Shown in pieces: positions 18,064 to 28,756 of a stretch of DNA of 64,000 bases. The notes below the pieces were generated by a model, which saw nothing but the letters and a program-made list of their open reading frames with translations, did no database searches and was not told where the DNA came from. This DNA comes from an uncultured Gammaproteobacteria bacterium (GTDB lineage Bacteria; Patescibacteriota; Microgenomatia; Levybacterales; UBA12049): NCBI GenBank assembly GCA_964416445.1, contig CAYQEE010000003.1, positions 65,946 through 129,945 on the forward strand, given 5' to 3'. The position numbers were made by a program, and so were the translations under genes. Every line of letters starts with the position of its first letter. Within the stretch, counting starts at the first letter, position 1.

Positions 18064-19326
18064 ATGTATAAAAAATTATTTCGATATAAACCGTCATTTA
18101 CGTTAGTAATACTTAGCTGCTGTTTCATTATTTTTGTATTTACAAATGTACCTGCTTTATTTAAAGTAACCTCCCCACATGCAAACACTAACGCTCTTGA
18201 ACCATTAACAACGAGTAAACAAGGATACGAAGTTTTTGGCTTCGCACCTTATTGGACTCTCTCTCAGTTAGATAATATCGATTTTAATATTCTCACTACA
18301 TTTGCTTATTTTGGGATTGATGTTGATGAAAACGGTAATTTGGATACATTAGGAAACGGTTACCAATCATTTAAAAGTCAACAAGCGACAAATCTGTTTA
18401 GAAAAGCACATGCCGCAGGAACTCGAGTTGTTGTGACTCTCACTCAAATGGATGAAAATACTATTCTTGCGCTCATGGATAATCCGAATGGTCAAGTAAA
18501 TGCTATTAATCAAATAGTAGATCTCGTTGATAAAAGAGGTATTGATGGTGTAAATATAGATTTTGAATATGGTCAGGATGCAGGACCAGTATATAGAAAT
18601 AAATTTAGCGCATTTATATCTAATCTGACTTCTGCAATGCATAAGAGAATAACCTCCTCTAAGGTTACTGTTTCTGTATATGCATCCGCAGTTAAAAATC
18701 CTAAGATTTATGATATTCCCTCTCTTTCACGGATAAGTGATGGTATTTTTATGATGGCATACGACTTCGCAACTGTTGGGTCAGATAATGCAATACCAAC
18801 AGATCCACTCTATGGATATAAACAAGGCAAATATTGGTATGATATTTCAACTGCGGTAAATGATTTTCTAACTCAAATGCCAGCATCAAAACTTATCTTA
18901 GGGTTACCTTGGTATGGATATGATTATCCAGTCTATTCACCACAAGTGAATGCTACTACTCTACCATATTGGGCGTACGGTGGGGATGCGAAAACTGATA
19001 CCTATGCTGTAACATCTGATCAAATAACTCCTACAGTGGTAGGAGATAATAATTTTAGAACCGGTTGGGATAGCTATGGAGAGGTTGGATATAAAGCATA
19101 CCTCGATCAATCTACAGGAACTTGGAGAATGGTATTCATCGATGATGTAAAATCAATGGGGCTAAAATATGATTTTGCAAAAAGGAATTCATTAGCTGGA
19201 GTTGGAATTTGGGCGATGGGTTTCGATAATGGTACTACAGATTTTTGGAATTTATTAAATCAAAAATTTGGATTAAAACTCGCAGATAGTTCTGTGTTGC
19301 AAAGAAAAATTGTCGACTCACAATAA
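18064..19326 (+). CDS. Glycoside hydrolase family 18 (chitinase-like) protein
   Basis: GIDGVNIDFEY is the GH18 DxxDxDxE catalytic motif. LGLPWYGYDY is also present. A signal/TM follows the MYKKLF start. The ORF is open from 17923, but that extension looks non-protein-like. Confidence 0.7.
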   Translation: MYKKLFRYKPSFTLVILSCCFIIFVFTNVPALFKVTSPHANTNALEPLTTSKQGYEVFGFAPYWTLSQLDNIDFNILTTFAYFGIDVDENGNLDTLGNGYQSFKSQQATNLFRKAHAAGTRVVVTLTQMDENTILALMDNPNGQVNAINQIVDLVDKRGIDGVNIDFEYGQDAGPVYRNKFSAFISNLTSAMHKRITSSKVTVSVYASAVKNPKIYDIPSLSRISDGIFMMAYDFATVGSDNAIPTDPLYGYKQGKYWYDISTAVNDFLTQMPASKLILGLPWYGYDYPVYSPQVNATTLPYWAYGGDAKTDTYAVTSDQITPTVVGDNNFRTGWDSYGEVGYKAYLDQSTGTWRMVFIDDVKSMGLKYDFAKRNSLAGVGIWAMGFDNGTTDFWNLLNQKFGLKLADSSVLQRKIVDSQ

Positions 19327-19329
19327 AGT

Positions 19330-20391
19330 ATGAAACTGCCTTTTACTGTGTCTAAACGCTATTTTCTACTAAATTGTTTTCTCGTTTTTGGCACTATTAC
19401 CCTTGTAATTGTAGGAAAACAAATTTTTTTCCCTCTTTCATTTCGACTTATCTCCCCTAAAGCTAAAGATTTTATTTTCGATAACGTTGCGGATAAAGTA
19501 GATACGATGCAAAATGATTATAAAATAACTCAACCTTTATCATTTATAGCTCAAGCGGAAGCTGATACAAATGCAATTTACTCAAATGCGAGTTCTTATA
19601 TTGCGATCAATAGTGACACAGGTTCAGTGATAATGCAAAAGGATCCTGAACAAAAACTACCCATAGCATCGTTAACAAAATTAATGAGTGCCGTTATAGC
19701 ATTGGATCTGGCTAAACCGGATGAACTCATAACAATTCCACCACAAGCAACAAATATTACACCAACGATTATTGGAGTAATTCCAGGTCAAAAAATGTCA
19801 ATTGGAGAACTTCTGCACGCTATGTTGATGACTTCAGCAAATGATGCTGCGGAGGTTGTGAAGGATGGAATTGATTATAAATATAAAGAAAAAGTTTTTG
19901 TTCGTGCTATGAATGAGAAAGCTCAATTTCTTGGGTTAAAAGATACTCATTTTGCAAATCCTCAAGGATTTGATAATACCAATAATTACAGTACTGCATA
20001 TGACTTAGCAGAATTAACACACTATGCGTTAACTCATTATCCCTTAATAGCTCAAATTGTGAGCCAAGATTATCTTTTCCTACCTGAAAATCAGAATCAC
20101 AAACAATTTGATTTATATAATTGGAATGGATTGTTAGATGTTTATCCCGGAGTTTATGGAGTTAAAATTGGAAACACATCATCAGCGGGATATACGATGA
20201 TAGTAGGATCAAAGCGTGAAGGGAATGATATTTTAGTAGTGCTTCTTGGAACTTCAGGTATTCTACAGAGAGATTTATGGGCTTCAGCTTTACTTGATGA
20301 TGCGTATCAAACAGAATTTGGACTTACTCCAATAAATATTACTGCTGCTCAATTACAAAAGAAATATGGTACTTGGAAGTACTATAATTAA
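19330..20391 (+). CDS. D-alanyl-D-alanine carboxypeptidase (S11, DacA-like)
   Basis: ASLTKLM (SxxK), TSANDAA (SxN), KIGNTSSAG (KTG-like). N-terminal TM anchor. Confidence 0.7.
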   Translation: MKLPFTVSKRYFLLNCFLVFGTITLVIVGKQIFFPLSFRLISPKAKDFIFDNVADKVDTMQNDYKITQPLSFIAQAEADTNAIYSNASSYIAINSDTGSVIMQKDPEQKLPIASLTKLMSAVIALDLAKPDELITIPPQATNITPTIIGVIPGQKMSIGELLHAMLMTSANDAAEVVKDGIDYKYKEKVFVRAMNEKAQFLGLKDTHFANPQGFDNTNNYSTAYDLAELTHYALTHYPLIAQIVSQDYLFLPENQNHKQFDLYNWNGLLDVYPGVYGVKIGNTSSAGYTMIVGSKREGNDILVVLLGTSGILQRDLWASALLDDAYQTEFGLTPINITAAQLQKKYGTWKYYN

Positions 20392-20404
20392 GGAGGTGAT
20401 AACA

Positions 20405-20485
20405 ATGGAAGAAATAATACAAAAAATATTGGAAGCCTTTGGCTTAAAAAGACCAGCCCTAGCTAAAGTTCCTGTGAATCAGTAA
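20405..20485 (+). CDS. Candidate small ORF (26 aa) with strong Shine-Dalgarno
   Basis: AAGGAGGTGAT at 20390-20400, then a 4-nt spacer before ATG 20405. It encodes MEEIIQKILEAFGLKRPALAKVPVNQ. Not in the ORF track because it is under 60 aa. Confidence 0.25.
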   Translation: MEEIIQKILEAFGLKRPALAKVPVNQ

Positions 20486-20694
20486 TGTCATTCTTTAGTT
20501 TTTACTAAATCTAGCTTGTTCGGTCATACTAAATACGAAACTATTATAGAAGATAAACGTGATCATTCTATATTAATATGCAATGATTTTTAGTATGTTT
20601 GCATCCTTATTTAGCTTCTTCTTTCTTATGGTAAGTCCAATAGACATTTTATAATTTTAACGCAAATAATTTAGAATTTTTTTTCCTTATTTCG

Positions 20695-20723
20695 TTGACA
20701 AAATGAGAAGAAAGCCCTATAAT
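20695..20723 (+). promoter_or_regulatory. Consensus sigma70 promoter (TTGACA-17-TATAAT) upstream of the RND efflux operon
   Basis: TTGACA 20695-20700, a 17-nt spacer, TATAAT 20718-20723. It lies about 75 nt upstream of the ATG at 20800. Confidence 0.5.
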
Positions 20724-20799
20724 CCTAAGGTAATTAACCATTCTGCCCTCTGGAAAAATATCCTAGAATAATAAAGAAAGTCCTAGTACTAATATTGTC

Positions 20800-22281
20800 A
20801 TGGCACAAAATATACGAAACAAAAATAAGTTAATTGAATCACTGCAGTCATTTCTTCAACGATTAAAGATTTTTTTCAGAAATTTTTATGCTCGTGTAAC
20901 TATATGGTTTCGGAAGAGGCCATTATTAAGTTTTTTAGGTACACTTGGTGTTCTTCTTTTTTTCATTATCCTTGCCAATGTTATTGGCAAACCAAAAGCG
21001 CAAAACACTGCGAATACCAACTTTGTGAAAACTGTTTCAGTTTATCGGATTGGAAGTGTTCCTAAAATTTCATTACCAGCGAAAGTACAAAAATCTGGAG
21101 TTGTAAAAATTGTGGCACAAACATCAGGAATTATACAGAATATTCCTGTAGTAGAGGGAGATTCAGTTTCAAAGGGAACGAATTTAATAAATATCTCCAC
21201 AAATTACCAAGGGGGAAATGTCGCGGATGTTCAAGCGGAGATAGCGAAGGAACAGAATCAAAACGTCATAAATACCTATCAAATTCAGCAGGATTTAATT
21301 AATGAACAAAAGCAAGTTGCAACAGACACTGCTGCAAATACAGTAGATCTGCAACAAATAGCAGCTCAGTCATCACAAGATTCTCAAACGCTTATTCATT
21401 ATGATCAAGACATTATTACAACATTGAATCAAGAACTTGCAAACTATACTGCATCAAATTCCGGTGGTATGAATAATGCACTTATTCTTCAAACACAATC
21501 ATTAGTAAGCCAGTTCCAATCAGGAATTAATCAACTTAATGCAGCGTTAAGGCAAGCGCAATATCAACAAAATCCTTTGAATCCTCCTCTCCTGTTAAGC
21601 AATCTTCAGGAAGATATAACATTAAAACAACTCGATATACAACAGCAATCGTTAGCTTTAAACAAAGAAATTAGTTCTCTTCAATTAAGTGTCGCATACT
21701 TAAATGCTTCGCTCATGCATCCATCGAGTCCGGTAAATGGTGTTGTTGAGCGCGTCTATGTAACTCCTGGACAGCTGGTAAATCCAGGTACCACATTACT
21801 TATTGTGTCATCTACCGAGAGTAATCTCGATGTAACTGCAATCGTTAGTGTTCCTTTACAGCTTGCACAAAATATATCGAGACTTGAGAATAGTATTTTA
21901 CATATTGGAAATCGTCAAGTGAATGTCTTACCACGATATATATCTCAGGATGCTACTGATGGGAATTTATATACCGTACTTTATAGTATTCCTCAAGATG
22001 TTCAAAATAATGTGACTGACGGTGGTTATATTAATGTCGACGTACCTGTTGGCATACCAGATACTGATAATTCCGTGCCATTTATCCCGCTAGATAGCAT
22101 TTATCAAACGCAGAATGAAGCATACATTTATGTCATTAAAAGTGGTCATGCTGAAAGTAGAACAGTTACGTTAGGGAATGTATATGGGAGATTTGTGCAA
22201 ATAACCTCAGGACTAACAAATGGAGATCAGGTTATTCTTGATCGGACAGTTATTGCGGGCGATAAGGTAAAAGCAGGTTAA
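20800..22281 (+). CDS. Efflux RND transporter periplasmic adaptor (membrane fusion protein, HlyD-like)
   Basis: N-terminal TM. Lipoyl-like VKIVAQTSGIIQNIPVVEGDSVSKGTNLINI. A long Gln-rich coiled-coil hairpin and a C-terminal beta-barrel domain. Positioned directly upstream of the RND permease. Confidence 0.65.
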   Translation: MAQNIRNKNKLIESLQSFLQRLKIFFRNFYARVTIWFRKRPLLSFLGTLGVLLFFIILANVIGKPKAQNTANTNFVKTVSVYRIGSVPKISLPAKVQKSGVVKIVAQTSGIIQNIPVVEGDSVSKGTNLINISTNYQGGNVADVQAEIAKEQNQNVINTYQIQQDLINEQKQVATDTAANTVDLQQIAAQSSQDSQTLIHYDQDIITTLNQELANYTASNSGGMNNALILQTQSLVSQFQSGINQLNAALRQAQYQQNPLNPPLLLSNLQEDITLKQLDIQQQSLALNKEISSLQLSVAYLNASLMHPSSPVNGVVERVYVTPGQLVNPGTTLLIVSSTESNLDVTAIVSVPLQLAQNISRLENSILHIGNRQVNVLPRYISQDATDGNLYTVLYSIPQDVQNNVTDGGYINVDVPVGIPDTDNSVPFIPLDSIYQTQNEAYIYVIKSGHAESRTVTLGNVYGRFVQITSGLTNGDQVILDRTVIAGDKVKAG

Positions 22282-22301
22282 TTCAATATTAATTCTAATC
22301 T

Positions 22302-25300
22302 ATGGCAGAAGCGAAATCCTATTTACATTTTCTTAAATTCGATCCAAAACTTAAGCAAACATTTATTGCAAAGTATCTATTAAATCCACGATTAGTTGTT
22401 CTCTTAACAATTGTGACGATAGGAATTGGGCTCTATAGTTTTTACACACTTCCTCGTACACTTAACCCTGAAATTAAGATTCCCATTGTTATTGTTAATG
22501 TTGTTCTTCCTGGGGCGGGACCTTCAGATGTTGAATCTTTAGTTACCATTCCTGTTGAGAATGCCGTATTAGGGCTTGCCAATGTGCAAACCGTAACTTC
22601 AAATTCAATAAATTCGGATTCTATAACTCAAATACAATTTAATTCAGGCGTAGATCCTGATAAAGCACTTTCTGATGTACAAGCAGCTGTAAATGGAATA
22701 ACTGCACTACCGAAAGATGCTCAAACTCCGCAAGTTACAAAAGTAAACTTTGCTAATGTTCCTATTTGGACTTTTGCAGTTTCATCAAATGGAGATACTG
22801 GTAGTCTCATGAGATATGCGAAGTCATTACAAGATAGGATTAAATCTCTTTCATCGATTAATACGGTTAATGTAAGTGGATTGGATCAACAAGAAATACA
22901 AATTGTAATTAAACCAGAATCAGTTGCTACATATGGTTTAAATCCTCTGCAAATATCCCAATTCATTGCAACAGCGATTCAAGCATATCCTGCAGGAAGT
23001 GTGTCTACTGATAAAGAAACATATGCGCTAACTTTAGATCAGGAAGCAGCTTCTATAAATGATTTGCGCAATATACAGGTTAACCTTAATGGTTCGGTAG
23101 TTCCGTTATCTCAAGTTGCAAACATATTCGAACGTCCTAAACCGGATCAAGTAAGGTCATTTCTTGCAACAAAAAGTAAATTACCAAAACCTGTTGTTTC
23201 ATTTAGTATCTTTAAAACGGATGCTTCAAGTATTGATCAGGCTTATTCAGATACGCAAAAACTAATAGCAAATGAGTTACCAATTCAAAACGGACAGTTT
23301 CAAGTCTACACTACATCAAGTGCAACGCAACAAATAGCAGATCAATTTAATGAACTTACCCGAGATTTTGTAATAACTATATTGCTTGTTTTTTTCGTAC
23401 TCTTCGTCTTCCTTGGAGTAAGACAAGCAATAATCGCTTCACTTGCCGTACCAATAACTTTTCTTATTGGGTTTACTATTATGAGGATTACCGGGCTTTC
23501 ATTGAGTTTCATTTCTCTTTTCTCGCTGCTCTTAGCTTTGGGATTATTAGTTGATGATACTATCGTTGTTGTATCAGCGATGACTGCGTATTATCGTTCA
23601 GGTAAATTTACCGCAGCAGAAACCGGTCTATTAGTATGGAGAGATTTTCTATTACCTATATTAACTACTACTACCACAACCGTTTGGGCGTTTCTACCTT
23701 TGCTTTTGGCCACTGGAATTATTGGTGAATTTATAAAACCAATACCAATTGTAGTTTCTTCAACCTTAATTGCATCTATCTTTGTTGCACTATTGATAAC
23801 TCTCCCATTTGTTATTTTTATGCTTGAGCCACAAATACCAAATCGTGTAAAAATATTTCTTCGTATTGTAGGTTTTCTTATTCTTATTTTGCTTATATTT
23901 TCCTTCCTGCCAAAAGGACCTTTTTTCCTCATTGAGCTTTTAGCATTTGTGGTATTTGCATTTTGTATTTTTGTGGTAAGAGACATTTTGGTAAAAAGAA
24001 TTAAACAAGGCTGGTTGCAATTGAAAAAGAGATTCCATCTGAAAAGAAATTTTGATGATTATATTAATGATGGATTAATCCATTTTACGATCATTAGTAA
24101 TAAGTATCATAGGGTTATTGAAAATATTCTCAGTTCTAAAACGAAACGACGGAATACGATTATAATGGCAATAGCCTTCTCGTTGTTTTCTTATATCTTA
24201 CTTCCTCTTGGATTTGTGCGAAATGAATTCTTTCCTAAAAGTGATCAAGATTCAGTCGCCATGAGTTTAGAATTACCTGCTGGTGTTAATGTGCAAACAT
24301 CGACTCAATATTCTATACAATTTCTCAAAGATTTACGAAAAATTGAGGGAGTTGATTTTGTTACATCTGATATTGGACAAACTGCAGATACTGCGATGGG
24401 TAGTGGAGGAAGCGCGGGAACCAATGATATTCTCTTTTCTCTTGTTTTGCCTCCGAAGGCTCAAAGAACAGTGTCTTCACTACGAATAGGGCAAATTTTA
24501 CGTGATAAATATAATAATTACCCAAATGGGAAAATAACTGTTGTAGAATCATCAGGCGGACCTCCTGCAGGAGCAGATATCCAGATCAAATTATTTGGTT
24601 CAGATTTAAATACGCTCGATCAATATGCAAATAGACTTGAAAATTATTTAAAAACACAACCAGGAGTTGTTAATATTGATAAAACAATTAAACCAGGAAC
24701 GAGTAAATTAGTATTCGCGCCTGATTTACAAAAGATGGCTAATCTCCAAATAGGCCAAGATACCTTAGGTACATGGTTACGCCTTTTTGCAAGTGGATTA
24801 ACAGTAAATTCTGTGCAATGGGGGTTAACGGGAACCGATAAGGAAGATATTACTATCAGAATGAATTCGAATACGCAAAATCCTGAATCTGTTAGCAATA
24901 TTTCAATCCCTACTCAGTCCCAAGGTCAGAGTGGCGTTACGAATGTTCCTATCGCAAATTTAGGACAAATGAAGGTTGAAACAAATCCAACATTGATCAC
25001 AAGAGAAGCGGGGAAAAGAACAATATCTGTAACAGCGAGTGTTCTTCCTGGTTATTCAGTAACTGGTATTAACGCATTGCTTGAAAAGCAAGCAAATGCT
25101 CTCCATCTTCCTAATGGTTATTCATGGAGTACTGGAGGAGTAAATCAACAGAATAATGAATCTGTGCAATCTATCCTTGAAGCTATGGTGCTCTCCTTTG
25201 TGCTGATTATTGTTACGATGGTGATTCAGTTTGGATCATTTAGACGAGCTTTAATCGTTATGCTTGTTATCCCTCTATCAATTTCGGGTGTTTTCATTAT

Positions 25301-25655
25301 ATTTGCTTTGACAAATACACCGTTATCATTTCCAGCATTAATTGGAGTACTTGCACTTTTTGGTATTGTTGTCAAAAATTCAATTCTTGTTGTCGATAAA
25401 ATAATGCAAAATCAAAAAGCTGGACTCGCTTTTATTCCAGCAATTGCTGATGCTTCTTCAAGTCGATTGGAAGCAATTGCACTCACTTCGATAGCAACAA
25501 TTTTTGGATTACTTCCTATCACACTCTCAAACCCTCTTTGGCAAGGATTGGGAGGGGCTATTATTGCAGGTTTAACATTTTCAGGGACTATCATGTTGTT
25601 TTTTATACCAGTGGTTTATTATTATTGGTTCCACGGAGATCGAGTAAATAAATAA
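22302..25655 (+). CDS. RND-superfamily efflux permease (AcrB/MMPL-like, 12 TM with two large periplasmic loops)
   Basis: 1117 aa. Two 6-TM bundles (residues about 350-520 and about 940-1110), each preceded by a large soluble domain. Paired with the upstream adaptor. Confidence 0.7.
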   Translation: MAEAKSYLHFLKFDPKLKQTFIAKYLLNPRLVVLLTIVTIGIGLYSFYTLPRTLNPEIKIPIVIVNVVLPGAGPSDVESLVTIPVENAVLGLANVQTVTSNSINSDSITQIQFNSGVDPDKALSDVQAAVNGITALPKDAQTPQVTKVNFANVPIWTFAVSSNGDTGSLMRYAKSLQDRIKSLSSINTVNVSGLDQQEIQIVIKPESVATYGLNPLQISQFIATAIQAYPAGSVSTDKETYALTLDQEAASINDLRNIQVNLNGSVVPLSQVANIFERPKPDQVRSFLATKSKLPKPVVSFSIFKTDASSIDQAYSDTQKLIANELPIQNGQFQVYTTSSATQQIADQFNELTRDFVITILLVFFVLFVFLGVRQAIIASLAVPITFLIGFTIMRITGLSLSFISLFSLLLALGLLVDDTIVVVSAMTAYYRSGKFTAAETGLLVWRDFLLPILTTTTTTVWAFLPLLLATGIIGEFIKPIPIVVSSTLIASIFVALLITLPFVIFMLEPQIPNRVKIFLRIVGFLILILLIFSFLPKGPFFLIELLAFVVFAFCIFVVRDILVKRIKQGWLQLKKRFHLKRNFDDYINDGLIHFTIISNKYHRVIENILSSKTKRRNTIIMAIAFSLFSYILLPLGFVRNEFFPKSDQDSVAMSLELPAGVNVQTSTQYSIQFLKDLRKIEGVDFVTSDIGQTADTAMGSGGSAGTNDILFSLVLPPKAQRTVSSLRIGQILRDKYNNYPNGKITVVESSGGPPAGADIQIKLFGSDLNTLDQYANRLENYLKTQPGVVNIDKTIKPGTSKLVFAPDLQKMANLQIGQDTLGTWLRLFASGLTVNSVQWGLTGTDKEDITIRMNSNTQNPESVSNISIPTQSQGQSGVTNVPIANLGQMKVETNPTLITREAGKRTISVTASVLPGYSVTGINALLEKQANALHLPNGYSWSTGGVNQQNNESVQSILEAMVLSFVLIIVTMVIQFGSFRRALIVMLVIPLSISGVFIIFALTNTPLSFPALIGVLALFGIVVKNSILVVDKIMQNQKAGLAFIPAIADASSSRLEAIALTSIATIFGLLPITLSNPLWQGLGGAIIAGLTFSGTIMLFFIPVVYYYWFHGDRVNK

Positions 25656-26897
25656 TTATTTAAGTTCACTTGTAGTAAGATGCCAGTTTAAGCTAAAAAG
25701 ACTAAATGCTGCAATTGAGTGAACAAATGGTATTACTCTCTTTTTGCCTCTTCTCCGTCTTGACGCATTTGGACATCCATAAGTTAACCGGGGTTCCGAA
25801 TGAATTTTTTCCGGATTTCTTATTTGGTCTTCAAAAAGTAGTTGCCGAGCATTTTCTTCAGTATTAGCCTTTTCTTGAGGTTTTCTTTGCAAAATGCCAG
25901 TAAATTCAGATCCGGGTTCATGAATAAGTGAGAGCATCAAATATTCGGGTTTAAATACAAACGAGGCAAGTTCCCCTAATTCAATATTTCGTATTCTTTT
26001 TTCAGTAATCAAATCAAGTTCCTTATCCTGAATTGAAAAATCTTTATGTGCTAGGTCGAGAAGCAAGCTGACTGAATGAGAGAAAATACTCAACATTTCA
26101 TCACGAGTAATAGATTGTGAATTACGTTCTTGAATTTGGGCAAAATCTCTTCTCGCTACCTGAGGTGATACTTCAACCATTGCATATGAAATATCAGGAG
26201 CTGTTTGCATACCGCGTTTTATAAAAGTATAAACATCAAAATCGGTGCGTTTTCCACGATGTATTAATTGATGTCTGTTGCCATATTCAACATACTTTCT
26301 TAAATTACGATACATGATACTCCAAGGATTATTAGGATCATCTCTGTTGGTACTCCTAATTTCTTCTATCGTTGTATATAAACTTCCATTAAGCATATTA
26401 CTATAATGAGATAATAAGACCAGCTGAGCTAAATGAAGGTATCCATCTGTGACATATAAATAGTTCACAGTAGGATCAATTTCAATTTCTTCAATATTTT
26501 TTTGTAAACGATTCATATCGAATATCGTACCATCGCTTACTCTAGTGGCTTGTTCAACTCGATCGGTCATTCTCCCGCTCATGAGAGCGACACTAGTATT
26601 TGCCATGACTTTTCCTGTAGTTTCCCATTCTGCATGCGAAGTTGGTCGATAGTCGGGATTGAATATGCCAGAATTTATTACAGAAGTTACGAATGGATCT
26701 TCAGAATATTTTCCCTGCAAGAGTTGATTTACGTTTGTTACTCCATAGTGGGGAATGACGCTTTTTTGCAAAAGGGATTCAAAAATAGGAACAACATGAC
26801 TTGCTGGAAATCTTGTCTCAAATTGTGGTAACAGTTTCCTTGCCGCAACTTCTTCTGGAGCTGGAGTGAATGGTCTATTATCGAATCTGCCTTGCAT
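25656..26897 (-). CDS. Hypothetical protein (413 aa, no recognised family)
   Basis: Long ORF convergent with the RND gene. Soluble, with an Arg-rich C-terminus (RRRRGKKR) followed by a hydrophobic tail. Confidence 0.4.
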   Translation of the reverse strand: MQGRFDNRPFTPAPEEVAARKLLPQFETRFPASHVVPIFESLLQKSVIPHYGVTNVNQLLQGKYSEDPFVTSVINSGIFNPDYRPTSHAEWETTGKVMANTSVALMSGRMTDRVEQATRVSDGTIFDMNRLQKNIEEIEIDPTVNYLYVTDGYLHLAQLVLLSHYSNMLNGSLYTTIEEIRSTNRDDPNNPWSIMYRNLRKYVEYGNRHQLIHRGKRTDFDVYTFIKRGMQTAPDISYAMVEVSPQVARRDFAQIQERNSQSITRDEMLSIFSHSVSLLLDLAHKDFSIQDKELDLITEKRIRNIELGELASFVFKPEYLMLSLIHEPGSEFTGILQRKPQEKANTEENARQLLFEDQIRNPEKIHSEPRLTYGCPNASRRRRGKKRVIPFVHSIAAFSLFSLNWHLTTSELK

Positions 26898-26943
26898 AGA
26901 TATATTATAGCAAAAATACTATAAGTTTATTAAATTTAGCTGA

Positions 26944-28431
26944 TTATAACTCTACTATGAACGCACGCTGAGTTGCATCATTCAATGCCAAATCAGATAA
27001 ACCGTATCGTTCAAATTTTTGCTGTGTTTCTTGAATACTCTCTTTTTTCCCGAGTATTTCAAGAATGTCAATCTGTCCTTTAAGATATTTTGCGAGTCGT
27101 GTTTTCTGCATTAGATTATTTTGTTCACTCGTATTGTTTATTATCGCTACCTGTTCTACTGATTTAAATTGTTCTAAAGCAGTTTCATAGTCCCCTATAC
27201 CGACATACGCTAGTCCTAGACCGTAATAAAGTTGATCAAGCGGAGGCATAGTGTTTTTTTCATGCTCTTCATTCTGGTGATATCCGATTAGCAATCGCTT
27301 AAAGACTTGATATGCATCGTAAAACTGTTTTATCTGTAATAATGCGCTGCCCTTAATATATTGGTTAGTGGTGTTTGGAAAATTTTTGCAAACTTGGATT
27401 GCCTCGTGATATTTACCTTGACGCATAAAAGCTGCAATAGTTGTTTGTGGGTCTTGAACTGCATCAAAACTTCTACGATGTTTTCTCTGTTTCTCACGTG
27501 CAACAGTATAGTTTTCTTGTAAAGCTGTTATGTAGGCGGAAACACTATTGAAGCGTTGATCTGGATTTTTCGCTAAAGCTTTACCAACAACTTCTTCTAA
27601 GTTCATTCGTAAAGCGAGATCTTCATCTGAGGTAGCCTTGATTGTGTCCTTAAATTGAGGTACCGGCATAACCGTGTGTAAAAATCCATATCCTTGTGGA
27701 GATCCCCCTTCAGAAATATAAAAAGGAAGTTCACCAGTTAATAATTCAAACGTAATAATTCCTAGAGCATAAAGATCGGACTGGGTAAGTGGCATACCTG
27801 TAAATTGCTCAGATGCCATATACGGCGGTGAACCTTCAAGTAACTGTGAATTATTGTTACACACTACTATCGCAGCACCAAAATCACTTAATATCACATC
27901 TAAATGTATACCGTGCTCTTCCCTATTCTGTCGTCGTCTATTCAACAATAAGTTCTCAGGCTTTACATCTCGATGAATAATTCTATTTGGATGGTTATGT
28001 ACATGAGTAAGGGCACCGGATGCTTGTTCAATAATCTTTATCGTATCTGCTACAGGGAGAGGTTGGTGTGGTGGCCGATATTGTTTTACGTTGCCGCTAT
28101 TCGCGTAGGTTGTTACCATAAAAGGATGATATTCTAAGGAATCTCCATGAACTGGATTTTGCGAAGGAACTGTTTGTAAACCAAAATCATGAACCCGCAA
28201 AATATGTGGATGGCGGAGCTCCGATATTAATAATGCTTCCTGTGCAAACTTAACAATTTGTTTAGGATTGGCACTGGCGCGGAGGATTTTTATCGCAACA
28301 GGTAGTTTGTTTTGTTCCCCCGAGGCTAAATAGACGGCACCATACCCTCCACTACCAAGGAATCCTTGAACTTTATACCTACCCATTTTCCCTTGAAGTG
28401 AGGTGCCAATGAAACCTTCTCGCGCCAACAC
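26944..28431 (-). CDS. Hanks-type Ser/Thr protein kinase with C-terminal TPR-like repeats
   Basis: GSGGYGAVYLA...VAIKIL (Gly loop and Lys), HRDVKPENLLL, SDFGAA, SPPYMASEQ. The C-terminal half carries repeated AY/YY TPR-like helices. Confidence 0.85.
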   Translation of the reverse strand: MLAREGFIGTSLQGKMGRYKVQGFLGSGGYGAVYLASGEQNKLPVAIKILRASANPKQIVKFAQEALLISELRHPHILRVHDFGLQTVPSQNPVHGDSLEYHPFMVTTYANSGNVKQYRPPHQPLPVADTIKIIEQASGALTHVHNHPNRIIHRDVKPENLLLNRRRQNREEHGIHLDVILSDFGAAIVVCNNNSQLLEGSPPYMASEQFTGMPLTQSDLYALGIITFELLTGELPFYISEGGSPQGYGFLHTVMPVPQFKDTIKATSDEDLALRMNLEEVVGKALAKNPDQRFNSVSAYITALQENYTVAREKQRKHRRSFDAVQDPQTTIAAFMRQGKYHEAIQVCKNFPNTTNQYIKGSALLQIKQFYDAYQVFKRLLIGYHQNEEHEKNTMPPLDQLYYGLGLAYVGIGDYETALEQFKSVEQVAIINNTSEQNNLMQKTRLAKYLKGQIDILEILGKKESIQETQQKFERYGLSDLALNDATQRAFIVEL

Positions 28432-28481
28432 CCATATTTTATAGGCCTAGAGTAGCGCTGAGTCAATATATTTACCTCTTT

Positions 28482-28691
28482 TTAAATAGATATTGGAGGA
28501 GTAAGACGTTTAGAAAGTAACTGTTGAATTTGCTCTCTTCCTCGTTCGTTAACTGATTTTTCCTCATAATTGGTAAATTGTTCCCTTTTGGGTTTCTTAT
28601 TCCCTTTATGGATCCAAAGGTATTGAATTATTGCTAATACAATAATTAAAGCTAAACTTACATCAATCTGAAAAATTGTTTGAAGATTCAT
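28482..28691 (-). CDS. Small membrane protein (hypothetical)
   Basis: 69 aa with one TM (LALIIVLAIIQYLWI). Coding status is uncertain. Confidence 0.2.
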   Translation of the reverse strand: MNLQTIFQIDVSLALIIVLAIIQYLWIHKGNKKPKREQFTNYEEKSVNERGREQIQQLLSKRLTPPISI

Positions 28692-28756
28692 AGTTTTATG
28701 ATAAACAAGTAAAATAATAAGATGAATTAAATAACGTAAGAAAATGAAATGAAAAC

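Noticed and set aside
23591-25594. Five short ORFs inside the RND permease gene (23591..23986-, 24283..24489+, 24361..24552-, 24644..24898-, 25412..25594-)
   Set aside because: All are nested in or antisense to a 1117-aa gene with a clear RND domain architecture.
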